Part shown: positions 9,853 to 19,389 of the stretch, one piece after another
Layout: each line of letters opens with the position of its first letter
Numbering within the stretch: position 1 is the stretch's first letter
NCBI GenBank assembly: GCA_963808235.1
Contig: CAWEEQ010000004.1
Span: 3,328,001-3,392,000, forward strand
Direction: 5' to 3'
Length of the DNA: 64,000 nt
DNA from: an uncultured delta proteobacterium
Lineage (GTDB): Bacteria; Desulfobacterota; Binatia; Binatales; Binataceae
The notes under the pieces: generated by a model
What the model was told of the DNA's origin: nothing
Database searches by the model: none
The model's input: the letters and a program-made list of their open reading frames with translations, nothing else
Translations under genes and position numbers: made by a program

Positions 9853-9878
9853 GTGCACATTTTGTTCTCTGAGGAACA
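9853..9878. promoter_or_regulatory. Candidate LexA/SOS operator upstream of recA
   Basis: gtgcacattttgttc overlapping the inverted repeat TGTTC-tctgag-GAACA. Confidence 0.35.
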
Positions 9879-9996
9879 CTATCGGATTCGGTCTGGGCAC
9901 CCTGTGGAAACGATTCTTATCGTGGATAGAGCTATCGACGCGCGATTGTGGCAAGATTCGCTTCGCAATACTCAACTTACAAAGTAGGCACGATCG

Positions 9997-11067
9997 ATGG
10001 CGATAGAGATTAAAAGTAAGGCGCTCGATCTGGCGCTTAGCCAGATCGAAAAACAGTTCGGCAAGGGTTCGATCATGAAGCTCGGCGAGCAGGCTATCTC
10101 CGCCGATATCGCGGTGGTGTCGACCGGCTCGCTCGGTCTCGATGTCGCGCTCGGCGTTGGCGGATTGCCGCGCGGCCGGGTGGTCGAAATCTATGGCCCG
10201 GAATCGTCGGGCAAGACCACGCTCGCGCTCGAGTGCATCGCAGAGGCGCAGAAGATGGGCGGCACCTGCGCCTTTATCGACGCCGAGCACGCGCTCGATG
10301 CCGCCTACGCGCGCAAGCTCGGGGTCAAGGTCGAGGACCTGCTCATCTCCCAGCCCGACAACGGCGAGCAGGCGCTCGAGATCACGGAGACGCTGGTGCA
10401 ATCGGGCGCGATCGACGTGCTGGTAATCGATTCGGTGGCGGCGCTGGTGCCGCGCGCGGAAATCGAGGGCGAGATGGGCGAGCCGCAGATGGGCCTGCAG
10501 GCGCGCCTGATGTCGCAGGCGCTGCGCAAGCTGACCTCGATAATTTCGCGCTCGCGGACCATCGTGATTTTCATCAACCAGATTCGAATGAAGATTGGCG
10601 TAATGTTCGGAAATCCGGAGACCACGACCGGCGGCAACGCGCTCAAGTTTTACTCGTCGGTGAGAATCGATATCCGGCGGATCGGCACGATCAAAAACGC
10701 GACCGAGGTGATCGGCTCGCGGACCAAGGTCAAAGTAGTGAAGAACAAGGTCGCGCCGCCGTTTCGCGAGGCCGAATTCGACATCCTGTACGGCACTGGA
10801 ATTTCGAAGGAAGGCGAACTGGTCGACCTCGCCAGCGAGCACAACATCATCGAGAAGCTCGGCGCCTGGTACTCCTACAACGGCGAACGAATCGGCCAGG
10901 GCCGCGAGAACGCGCGCGATCTACTCAAAGCGAATCCAAAGCTCGCCGACGAGATCGAAGGCAAGGTGCGCGAGAAGCTGGCCGCCAAGCCGGTCGCACT
11001 ACCGCCCGACGCCGCCGTCGAGGAGCCGGAGGAAACGCCCGCCCCGTCGCCAAAGAAAAAGGGGTGA
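9997..11067 (+). CDS. recA: Recombinase RecA
   Basis: [50 protein letters not shown]. Confidence 0.99.
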   Translation: MAIEIKSKALDLALSQIEKQFGKGSIMKLGEQAISADIAVVSTGSLGLDVALGVGGLPRGRVVEIYGPESSGKTTLALECIAEAQKMGGTCAFIDAEHALDAAYARKLGVKVEDLLISQPDNGEQALEITETLVQSGAIDVLVIDSVAALVPRAEIEGEMGEPQMGLQARLMSQALRKLTSIISRSRTIVIFINQIRMKIGVMFGNPETTTGGNALKFYSSVRIDIRRIGTIKNATEVIGSRTKVKVVKNKVAPPFREAEFDILYGTGISKEGELVDLASEHNIIEKLGAWYSYNGERIGQGRENARDLLKANPKLADEIEGKVREKLAAKPVALPPDAAVEEPEETPAPSPKKKG

Positions 11068-11090
11068 AATTGCTGCCGTCAAATGGCTTG

Positions 11091-11120
11091 TAGGGTTTGA
11101 TAAGGTTTGATAGGGTTTCG
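11091..11120 (+). repeat. Three tandem 10-bp direct repeats, candidate operator
   Basis: tagggtttga / taaggtttga / tagggtttcg immediately before the HTH gene. Confidence 0.75.
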
Positions 11121-11121
11121 G

Positions 11122-11325
11122 GTGGGCGCGAAATCGTCTTCCGGTTTGCTCCGCGATTTCCTTACGGTGAGTGCCGCAGCATCATACTTGGGCGTTTCGG
11201 CTTCTACTCTTCGAAACTGGGATCGCGCCGGAAAGCTAGAACCATATAGGCATCCGATCAACGGGTACCGCCTCTATAGCAGGGGGCAACTCGATAAACT
11301 GCTGGCAAAAGTCGGTCGACGATAA
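11122..11325 (+). CDS. Small MerR/excisionase-like (HTH_17) DNA-binding protein, probable R-M controller
   Basis: FLTVSAAASYLGVSASTLRNWDRAGKL..YRHPINGYRLY; TAATG coupling to the methyltransferase. Start is GTG 11122 or TTG 11107. Confidence 0.85.
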   Translation: MGAKSSSGLLRDFLTVSAAASYLGVSASTLRNWDRAGKLEPYRHPINGYRLYSRGQLDKLLAKVGRR

Positions 11326-12335
11326 TGGGGACAAATGACAACCTGGCAACCTTCGGACTCGACTTGAAGTCTCACCAAGTTGGTCAGTCCCTGCTGCTCC
11401 ACGGCGATTGCTTCGACTGGCTCGCGCGCGTGCCGGAAAACTCGATTCACGCGATCGTAACCGACCCTCCTTACGGCGTGAAGGAATTCGACGCCCACGA
11501 ACTTGAGAAGCGCGCCACTGGGAAAGGAGGGGTTTGGAGAATTCCACCTTCGTTTGACGGTTCAATCCGGGCGCCACTACCACGCTTTACGGCGCATTCA
11601 GAATTGGAGCTTAAGCGACTGTCAAAGTTCTTCGAGGATTGGTCGCGGCTGGTCGTTCGCGCGCTCCGGCCCGGAGGGCATATTTTTATCGCTACAAGTT
11701 CCGTCGTGGCAGCGCTCCTCTACGAATCTGTGCGAAAGGGAGGCCTTGAGTTTCGTGGCCAAATCATGCGCACAGTTCGCACTCTGCGCGGGGGCGATCG
11801 TCCCAAGAACGCGCACGAGGAGTTCCCGGATGTGTGTGTTATTCCCAAGGGTTGCTACGAGCCTTGGGGTCTATTCAGAAAACCAGTTCTGCCCGGAATG
11901 ACAGTGGCCGAGTGCTTACGAGCTTTTCAGACTGGCGGTCTGCGCCGGCTAGCGAACGGAAACCCTTTTGAGGATCTAATTCAGAGCGAACGGACGCCAG
12001 CGCGTGAGAAACAAATCGGCGATCATCCGAGCCTTAAGCCTCAGAGCTTCATGAGGCTCCTTGTGTACGCCTCTCTGCCTCTGGGAACCGGGATAGTGGT
12101 CGATACATTTATGGGCGGAGGCGCGACTATAGCCGCCGCAGAAGCGCTTCGTATTTCGTCAATCGGAGTTGAACGAAACGCCGAATACGTGAAGCTCGCG
12201 GTCTCGGCAATACCCCGCCTAAGTGCGTTAGAGATCCCAGGCATCGATGAAATGTGCGGCAGAGGTCAAGGAGGTCTGTTCGACGGACCCAAACGCGCAT
12301 CAGTTTCGCACGGCAAGGTCGATCAAGCCAGGTAG
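11325..12335 (+). CDS. Site-specific DNA methyltransferase (N4-C/N6-A, beta class)
   Basis: Catalytic VTDPPY N-terminal; HPSLKP and SAM-binding VVDTFMGGGAT C-terminal. Confidence 0.93.
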   Translation: MGTNDNLATFGLDLKSHQVGQSLLLHGDCFDWLARVPENSIHAIVTDPPYGVKEFDAHELEKRATGKGGVWRIPPSFDGSIRAPLPRFTAHSELELKRLSKFFEDWSRLVVRALRPGGHIFIATSSVVAALLYESVRKGGLEFRGQIMRTVRTLRGGDRPKNAHEEFPDVCVIPKGCYEPWGLFRKPVLPGMTVAECLRAFQTGGLRRLANGNPFEDLIQSERTPAREKQIGDHPSLKPQSFMRLLVYASLPLGTGIVVDTFMGGGATIAAAEALRISSIGVERNAEYVKLAVSAIPRLSALEIPGIDEMCGRGQGGLFDGPKRASVSHGKVDQAR

Positions 12336-12952
12336 ATCCAATTGTTCTTGAGTTTTCCCTCGCCTTCTTTTGTGACAGAGGCAGTGATCGTCCGGCGGCT
12401 CGTCTCACTCCGACCCGAGAACTTCCAGTCGGCGAGAGCTAACTTAGCCAAATATACGGACCGAAATTCAAAGGGCACCGGCTCGGCATCATGAGCCGAA
12501 GAACTGTTTGCTCGGAACACGAACACCATGAGCCAGCTTGCCTCGGCGTTGTGCCCTTGCCAGCCACCGGGATAGCGAGACGCCTTTACCTCGATGCCTG
12601 CCGGTCCGTGCAGAACTAGATCGTTGGGATAGCGTCCCTGCGGAACCAAATCGGGATGCCCGTTGTGATACCGGTTTTTAACGAGCCCGACGCAGTGTTT
12701 GGGTATTGATGAGACAATGAATTCACCAACGAGGCTCGAAAAGTTCGCAGGCATCATGAGCATCTCAATGCGCGGCAAATCGCGGCTCCTGAGCTGATCG
12801 TTCAGGAAGCCCAGGAAATCGATGAATGTGACCATCGACTTCCGCACCGCTTTGACCGTGCAGCCATACGGAAGCTTGGACTGTGTGTTGAAGCGGCCTG
12901 AATCGACCGGAATTGGGGCGCAGGCTGCTTTTTCTAGTTCGGTCGTAGACAG
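12323..12952 (-). CDS. Putative type II restriction endonuclease (PD-(D/E)xK)
   Basis: HPDL...GIEVKAS motif; convergent with the MTase, 13-bp overlap. Frame stays open upstream of GTG 12847 to a CTG at 12952 preceded by GGGGGA. Confidence 0.72.
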   Translation of the reverse strand: MSTTELEKAACAPIPVDSGRFNTQSKLPYGCTVKAVRKSMVTFIDFLGFLNDQLRSRDLPRIEMLMMPANFSSLVGEFIVSSIPKHCVGLVKNRYHNGHPDLVPQGRYPNDLVLHGPAGIEVKASRYPGGWQGHNAEASWLMVFVFRANSSSAHDAEPVPFEFRSVYLAKLALADWKFSGRSETSRRTITASVTKEGEGKLKNNWIYLA

Positions 12953-13025
12953 GTTGTTGATCCCCCGAATGCGCGGAGACTAGGCAACAAATCGTGTCAA
13001 CGCAACCCGGCTCGTGGATAGAAGC

Positions 13026-14009
13026 TCACATCGCGACGTGAAAATGTGCGGCTATCGCGGGGCCGTTGTGCGAGATGATTCGCGACAGCGCGAATAACAG
13101 TCCGAAGAACGCGCCGAAAAGGCCGCCGTTGACACGAATCCAGTCGAGGTGGGTGCGCGTTTTCGACTCGATCTGAATTCTGATCTGATCGTCGTTCAAC
13201 CGAGCGAGGTTCTCCCTGACCATGTGCGTTATCTCGCCGCGGCTCGACTCGACCGTCCGGCTGACCAACGCGTCGATAAGTCGCTGCGCGAGTTTTCGCG
13301 CGTAGCTTTCGGGGTCGTGAAGCTGCTCGCCGAATTCGTGGATCGCGGTTTCGCAGGTGCGCAGGATTTCGGGATCGTTGCGCAGTTCGGGCAGCCTTTT
13401 CCGCAGCGTCTCCGCGATTCGAGAGGTTATGGTTCGCGAGCCGAACCGGTTGATTACCGCGTAGATTCGGGTGAAGGTTTTCGGCAGCGCTTTCTTTAGA
13501 ATTCCTTCGAGGCGATCGCGATCCTCCGGCGATTCAAGGTACTCGATCGCCCGGTTCAGGATGCGTTCTATCCCGGCCTGGCCGAGCAACTCGTCAAGAT
13601 TGACTTCCTCGAGAAATGTACCGAGCCGCCCGACCAGGTCCATGTCGTTCAGCTTCCTGCCGATCATGACCGGCGTCAGCCATTCGTTCTCAATCGTCGC
13701 GGCGATTCCGTCGATCAGCTTGGCGCGATTTCTCGGCAGCACGCCGGAATTGGGCAGGTACCATCGACGCTCGAAGATCATCTTGAGCGCGATGTAATCG
13801 CATAGCCCGCCGATCAGCGCCGCCTCCGCCATCGAGACCGCAATCTCGGCACTGGTTTTGAAATGGGTGAACATCAAGACGCCCAGGCTGACGAAATAAA
13901 CGAGGAACGAAAATGCCAGCGTCAGATCGCCCTTGTGATTCATCAAAAAATCGGTGTAGGTGGGAGCTTTGCGGCGCGCGCTGGTTGGAGCGTTGATGCT
14001 GATGTCCAT
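13026..14009 (-). CDS. DUF445 family membrane protein
   Basis: AEAALIGGLCDYIALKMIF, GVLPRNR, LDWIRVNGGLFG. Confidence 0.88.
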   Translation of the reverse strand: MDISINAPTSARRKAPTYTDFLMNHKGDLTLAFSFLVYFVSLGVLMFTHFKTSAEIAVSMAEAALIGGLCDYIALKMIFERRWYLPNSGVLPRNRAKLIDGIAATIENEWLTPVMIGRKLNDMDLVGRLGTFLEEVNLDELLGQAGIERILNRAIEYLESPEDRDRLEGILKKALPKTFTRIYAVINRFGSRTITSRIAETLRKRLPELRNDPEILRTCETAIHEFGEQLHDPESYARKLAQRLIDALVSRTVESSRGEITHMVRENLARLNDDQIRIQIESKTRTHLDWIRVNGGLFGAFFGLLFALSRIISHNGPAIAAHFHVAM

Positions 14010-14115
14010 ATAACCAGTCTGGCCGACCGCTCGGGTTTGGCCAACTGCTGCACGCAGTCGAAAGGCTGCTTTGATTATTCATTTGGAACGCGCGCTCAAA
14101 TAGAATCAGGGCTGC

Positions 14116-16782
14116 ATGCGCTGGACTACCGCAAAAATCAGAAGCTCCTTTCTCAAGTTCTTTGAGGAACGCGGGCATACGATCGTGCCGTCGGCGTCGC
14201 TGATTCCACGCGGTGACCCGACGCTCCTGTTCGTCAACGCCGGGATGGTTCCGTTCAAGGATTATTTCCTGGGCATCCGCACGCCGCCGAGTCCTCGAAT
14301 CGTCAATTGCCAGAAGGTGCTGCGGCTCTCGGGCAAGCACAACGACCTCGAAGCAGTCGGCCGCGACACTTTTCATCACACGTTTTTCGAGATGCTCGGG
14401 AACTGGTCGTTCGGCGACTACTACAAGAAAGAAGCGATTCCGTGGCATTGGGAACTGATCACCAAGGTCTGGGAAATCGATCCGAAGCTGCTCTACGCGA
14501 CAGTTCACAAGGACGACAAAGAGGCCGAAGACATCTGGCTGCAGATGAAGGTCCTGCCGCGCGACCGGATTCTGCAATTCGGCGACAAAGACAATTTCTG
14601 GGAGATGGGCTCGACCGGCCCATGCGGTCCTAACTCCGAAATCAGCATCGACCGCGGCGAAAGCGCGTGCACTCCGGAAAAAAATCACGCGGGCCAGAAA
14701 TGTTTCGTGAACGTCGACGGATGCGAGCGATTCATCGAGATCGGCAACCTCGTTTTCATTCAGTACAATCGCGACGCGTCGGGCGCGCTGACCCCGCTGC
14801 CGATGAAACACGTCGACACGGGCACCGGACTCGAGCGCACCGCGGCGGCGTTACAGAGCATCGAGACCGGCCGTGTGCTCGGCGATTACGATATCGACCT
14901 GTTCCAGACGATCATCAAAAAGATTGAAGAGTGCGCGCAAAAGTTCGGCGACAAGTCGCGCTACGGCGAGAAGGAAGAGAGTGATGTGGCGTTTCGCGCG
15001 ATTGCGGATCATGCGCGCACGATGACCTTTTTGATCGCGGAGGGCATCAATCCCGGCAACACCGATCGCGAGTACGTGTTGCGCAGAATAATCCGGCGCG
15101 CGGCGCGTCACGGCCGCTACCTTGGAATCCATCGCCCTTTCCTCGCGACCGCTCACGCGGGCGTGGTCGAGGCGATGGGCGACGCGTATCCCGAGATCAA
15201 GAACGCGGCCGACAAGGCTGCCGAAATAATAACGCAGGAAGAATCGCGCTTTGGCGAGACGCTCGATCGCGGACTCGAACTAATCGACACGGAGCTCGCG
15301 CGCATCAGGAAGAGCGGCGGACATGCGCTCTCCGGCGAAGTCGCGTTCAAACTCTACGACACTTACGGATTTCCGCTCGACTTGACCGAGGACGTGCTGC
15401 GCAATCACTCAATGAACGTCGACGTCGCGGCCTTCGACCGGCTTATGGAAGAGCAGAAGGAACGCGGAAGAGCCGCGCGCAAAGATGACGCGATCGCTTC
15501 CGAGATCAGCCTTGCCAGCGGAACTGCGTCCCGATTCGTCGGCCATAGCAGCTACGAAGGCGAGTCCGAAGTGCTAGCTGCGACGGCACCCGGCAAAATC
15601 GGCGAGCAGGTGGCGATCGTCGTCGCGGAGACACCCTTCTACCCGGAAGGGGGCGGACAAGTTGGCGACCGCGGCGTGATCGAGACCGCGTCCGGCGCGA
15701 TCCTCGAGGTCTCGGACACGCGCAAGGCCGAAGGCTCGATTCTCCACCTGGGCCGCATCCTACGCGGCGAGGCCGGCGACTTTGCGAAGGGCGCGCGCGT
15801 CAAGCTCAAGGTCGATCGCCTCCGCCGCGACGCGACGATGCTGAATCATTCGGCGACCCACATCCTCCACTACGCGCTCCGCGAAATTCTGGGCAGTTCG
15901 GTGCATCAGGCGGGCTCCTTGGTTGAGCCAGACCGGCTGCGCTTCGATTTCGCGCACCAGGGACCGGTCAAGGACGACGCGCTCGCGACGATCGAAGAAG
16001 AGATCAACGCGCGCATCCGCGAAAACGCCGAAGTCACTACCGAGGAGATGGCGTACGACGACGCGATCAAAGCCGGCGCGCTCGCGTTTTTCGGCGACAA
16101 GTACGGCGACCGCGTGCGAGTCGTGAAGATGGGCGATTTTTCGGTCGAGCTATGCGGCGGCACCCATATTTCGCGCACCGGCGACGTCGGAGTCTTCAAA
16201 CTCGAAGCGGAATCGGGCGTCGCCGCGGGAGTGCGCCGAGTCGAGGCGGTGACGGGACAGGGCGCGCTCGAGACAATCCGCAAGCGCGAGAAGATCCTCG
16301 AAGAAATCGGCGCACAGCTCGGCGCTCGCGACGGCGCCGCGGTCGAGCGGCTCGAAAAACTGCTCGCGCGCGAAAGGGAGCTGGAGAAAAAGCTTCGCGC
16401 GATGGAACAAAAGCTGGCAGATGGCGCTGGCGGCGCATCGTCGGAAGAAAACGTGCGCGAGGTTGCCGGCATCAAAGTCGTCACGCGCAAGCTCGACGGC
16501 GTCGATCCGCGCACGATGCGCGAGATGGCCGATCGGATGCGCCAGAAGCACGGCTCGGCCGTGGTAGCACTCGGCTCCGACTTGGGCGAGGGCAAAGTCG
16601 CGCTGCTGGTCGCGGTGACGCCGGACCTTACGGCGAAGATCAAAGCCGGCGACATCATCAAGAACATCGCGCCGATCGTAGGCGGCACCGGCGGCGGCCG
16701 GCCGGATTTGGCGCAAGCGGGCGGCCGCGATGCGTCCAGGCTCGACGAGGCGCTGGCAAAGGTCGCGTCGCTGATTGGTTGA
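14116..16782 (+). CDS. alaS: Alanine--tRNA ligase
   Basis: LLFVNAGMVPFK, HHTFFEMLGNWSFGDY, NHSATH, ELCGGTH, GGGRPDLAQAGG. Confidence 0.99.
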   Translation: MRWTTAKIRSSFLKFFEERGHTIVPSASLIPRGDPTLLFVNAGMVPFKDYFLGIRTPPSPRIVNCQKVLRLSGKHNDLEAVGRDTFHHTFFEMLGNWSFGDYYKKEAIPWHWELITKVWEIDPKLLYATVHKDDKEAEDIWLQMKVLPRDRILQFGDKDNFWEMGSTGPCGPNSEISIDRGESACTPEKNHAGQKCFVNVDGCERFIEIGNLVFIQYNRDASGALTPLPMKHVDTGTGLERTAAALQSIETGRVLGDYDIDLFQTIIKKIEECAQKFGDKSRYGEKEESDVAFRAIADHARTMTFLIAEGINPGNTDREYVLRRIIRRAARHGRYLGIHRPFLATAHAGVVEAMGDAYPEIKNAADKAAEIITQEESRFGETLDRGLELIDTELARIRKSGGHALSGEVAFKLYDTYGFPLDLTEDVLRNHSMNVDVAAFDRLMEEQKERGRAARKDDAIASEISLASGTASRFVGHSSYEGESEVLAATAPGKIGEQVAIVVAETPFYPEGGGQVGDRGVIETASGAILEVSDTRKAEGSILHLGRILRGEAGDFAKGARVKLKVDRLRRDATMLNHSATHILHYALREILGSSVHQAGSLVEPDRLRFDFAHQGPVKDDALATIEEEINARIRENAEVTTEEMAYDDAIKAGALAFFGDKYGDRVRVVKMGDFSVELCGGTHISRTGDVGVFKLEAESGVAAGVRRVEAVTGQGALETIRKREKILEEIGAQLGARDGAAVERLEKLLARERELEKKLRAMEQKLADGAGGASSEENVREVAGIKVVTRKLDGVDPRTMREMADRMRQKHGSAVVALGSDLGEGKVALLVAVTPDLTAKIKAGDIIKNIAPIVGGTGGGRPDLAQAGGRDASRLDEALAKVASLIG

Positions 16783-16806
16783 CAGTTTCAAAATTGGAGA
16801 AAATCA

Positions 16807-17757
16807 ATGGCAAAAACATTTGGTTCGGAATCGACGGCGGACGAGGTTCTCGAGGGCGTCAATCTTTCGGGCAAGCGGGTACTTGTGACCGGCGTCTCGG
16901 CCGGCTTGGGCGTCGAGACCGCCCGCTCACTCGTCACGCACGGCGCCACCGTGGTGGGCACCGCGCGTGATCTGAACAAAGCGCGCAAGGCGCTGGCGGA
17001 AGCGGGCAACACGAAGGTGGATCTGGTCGAAGCCGATCTCGCTTCGCTGAGCAGCGTGCGCAAGGCGGCGAGCGAGTTGTTGGCGCGCGCCAAACCCTTC
17101 GACGTGATCATCGCGAATGCGGGCGTGATGGCGTGTCCGCGGGGCAAGACCCAGGACGGTTTCGAAACGCAATTCGGTACCAATCATCTCGGGCACTTCG
17201 TGCTGGTCAATCGGCTCGCGCCGCTGCTGAAGCAGGGCGCTCGAATCGTGAATCTTTCCTCGGCGGGTCATCAGATCAGCGATGTCGACCTTGAAGATCC
17301 GAATTTCGAGCGGACTCCCTATCAGGCTTTTGCCGCGTATGGCCGTTCGAAGACGGCAAATATTTTGTATGCGGTTGCTCTCGACAGCCGGCTCAAGGGA
17401 CGCGGCGTGCGCGCGACTGCAATACATCCCGGCGGAATCCAGACCGAACTCGGCCGCCATCTCACGCCTGAACTCATCGAGCAGATGATGGCGCGAATCA
17501 ACAAAGGTGCGACCGGCCAGGCGCCTGCGTTTCGTTTCAAGACGGTGCCTCAAGGGTCGGCAACCTCCGTATGGAGCGGCTTCGTCGCATCGGCCGACGC
17601 GGTTGGCGGGCATTACTGCGAGGACTGCCACGTATGCGCCGTGAATGACGACACCACCTCGCGAGTCGGCGTGCGCTCCTATGCTCTCGACCTCAACCGC
17701 GCGAACGCCTTGTGGCGCAAAAGCGAAGAGATGGTCGGCGAGCATTTCGAGTTGTAG
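16807..17757 (+). CDS. SDR family oxidoreductase (retinol dehydrogenase-like)
   Basis: TGVSAGLG, NAGVM, FGTNHLGHF, YGRSK. Confidence 0.93.
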   Translation: MAKTFGSESTADEVLEGVNLSGKRVLVTGVSAGLGVETARSLVTHGATVVGTARDLNKARKALAEAGNTKVDLVEADLASLSSVRKAASELLARAKPFDVIIANAGVMACPRGKTQDGFETQFGTNHLGHFVLVNRLAPLLKQGARIVNLSSAGHQISDVDLEDPNFERTPYQAFAAYGRSKTANILYAVALDSRLKGRGVRATAIHPGGIQTELGRHLTPELIEQMMARINKGATGQAPAFRFKTVPQGSATSVWSGFVASADAVGGHYCEDCHVCAVNDDTTSRVGVRSYALDLNRANALWRKSEEMVGEHFEL

Positions 17758-17835
17758 TGGAGAGTTCACGCCGAAGGCGCTTTCCCAACCGCGCCGAAAT
17801 GATTACGATTAATTTCGCCGGCGCGTGAACGATCC

Positions 17836-18906
17836 TTGAGCTGGCAGGCGACCGCCACGAAAAACGAAATCAGTACCTCGAGAGGCCCGGCGATTTCCCA
17901 GCTAGCCACCGAAGATTCGCTCGAACTCCATTTCGACGACCCGCGCCTGTTTTCCGATCTGCTCGGCCAGCACGACGCGCACGTGCGCACGGTCGAGAGC
18001 ACTCTGGGCGTCCGAATCGGCGTGACCGGCACTTCGCTCAAGATTTCCGGCGAGCACGCCGAGCAGGCGCTGGCGGGCAAGGTGATCGGCGAGCTCTACG
18101 ATCTTCTGAAGCACGGTCATCCGATCTATCCGAGCGACGTCGAGTATGCGATTCGAATAATCCGCGGCGATCGCAACGCCGAGCTGAAGGATATTTTCCT
18201 CGATACGATTTACGTCTCGGCGAACAAGCGCGTCATCTCGCCAAAGAGCGTCAATCAGAAACTTTATATCGACGCGATTCGCGCTCACGACATCGTTTTT
18301 GGAATCGGACCCGCGGGCACCGGCAAGACTTACCTCGCGATGGCGATGGCGCTGGCCGCCTTGATGAAGAACCAGGTCACCCGGATGGTGCTATGCCGGC
18401 CGGCGGTCGAGGCTGGCGAGAAGCTGGGATTCCTGCCCGGCGACCTCGCCGAGAAGGTGAATCCGTACCTGCGCCCGCTCTACGACGCGCTGCACGACAT
18501 GGTGGACTTCGATCGGGCGCGCAGGATGCTCGAGCGCGGAACGATCGAAGTCGCGCCGCTCGCCTTCATGCGCGGGCGCACGCTCAACGACTCGTTTATC
18601 ATCCTGGATGAAGCGCAAAACACGACCTCCGAGCAGATGAAAATGTTTCTGACCCGGCTTGGTTACAATTCCAAGGCGGTGATCACCGGCGACGTGACGC
18701 AAATCGATTTGCCCAGCGGCAAGCTGTCAGGATTGAAGGAAGCGAGCATCGTGCTCGGCGCGACTCCAGGAATTTCCTTCATCCGCTTCAACGACCGCGA
18801 CGTAGTGCGGCATCGCTTGGTGCAATCGATAATCAAGGCGTACGAATCGTTCAACGCCGATGGCCCATCGTCTCCGCCCTCAACCGACGGTAATCATCAG
18901 GATTGA
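17836..18906 (+). CDS. ybeZ: PhoH-like ATPase
   Basis: GPAGTGKT, RPAVEAGEKLGFLPG, MRGRTL, DEAQN; start uncertain. Confidence 0.95.
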   Translation: MSWQATATKNEISTSRGPAISQLATEDSLELHFDDPRLFSDLLGQHDAHVRTVESTLGVRIGVTGTSLKISGEHAEQALAGKVIGELYDLLKHGHPIYPSDVEYAIRIIRGDRNAELKDIFLDTIYVSANKRVISPKSVNQKLYIDAIRAHDIVFGIGPAGTGKTYLAMAMALAALMKNQVTRMVLCRPAVEAGEKLGFLPGDLAEKVNPYLRPLYDALHDMVDFDRARRMLERGTIEVAPLAFMRGRTLNDSFIILDEAQNTTSEQMKMFLTRLGYNSKAVITGDVTQIDLPSGKLSGLKEASIVLGATPGISFIRFNDRDVVRHRLVQSIIKAYESFNADGPSSPPSTDGNHQD

Positions 18907-18912
18907 GCCGAC

Positions 18913-19389
18913 GTGGCGGTCGAGTTCCGATGCGCGACGGCGCGCGGGCGTCGTTATTCGGACCGGCTTCGCGCCGATGCTGAGCGCATGATGGCTGCGA
19001 CCAATCTTCCCCAGTGCGAGCTGTCGCTCAGCCTCGTTTCCGATCGCGCGATTCGTGCGCTCAATCGCACCTATCGGGGAATCGATTCCGCCACCGACGT
19101 ACTTTCGTTTTCCCAAATCGAAGAGGCCGGCGATGCGTCGCTCAATCCGCCGGCGGTGACGAATTTACCCGGATTGCCGCTCGGCGACGTGGTAATATCG
19201 ATCGACACGGCCATCAGGCAGGCCCGCGACTTGCGAATTACGCCGGAGTTGCGAATCCGCCGGCTCCTGATTCATGGATTTTTGCATCTGATCGGATACG
19301 ACCACGAACGTTCTTCGTCGGAGGCGCGCAGGATGTTCGCGCGTGAACGCGCACTGGCGAACAAGATCGACAAGACCACTTCAAGATGA
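18913..19389 (+). CDS. ybeY: rRNA maturation endoribonuclease YbeY
   Basis: TDVLSF, HGFLHLIGYDH. Confidence 0.96.
   Translation: MAVEFRCATARGRRYSDRLRADAERMMAATNLPQCELSLSLVSDRAIRALNRTYRGIDSATDVLSFSQIEEAGDASLNPPAVTNLPGLPLGDVVISIDTAIRQARDLRITPELRIRRLLIHGFLHLIGYDHERSSSEARRMFARERALANKIDKTTSR

Noticed and set aside
9820-10842. Long antisense ORFs over recA and similar ones over alaS, the ABC gene, the kinases and the amidohydrolases
   Set aside because: Expected shadow ORFs in high-GC DNA opposite well-conserved genes.
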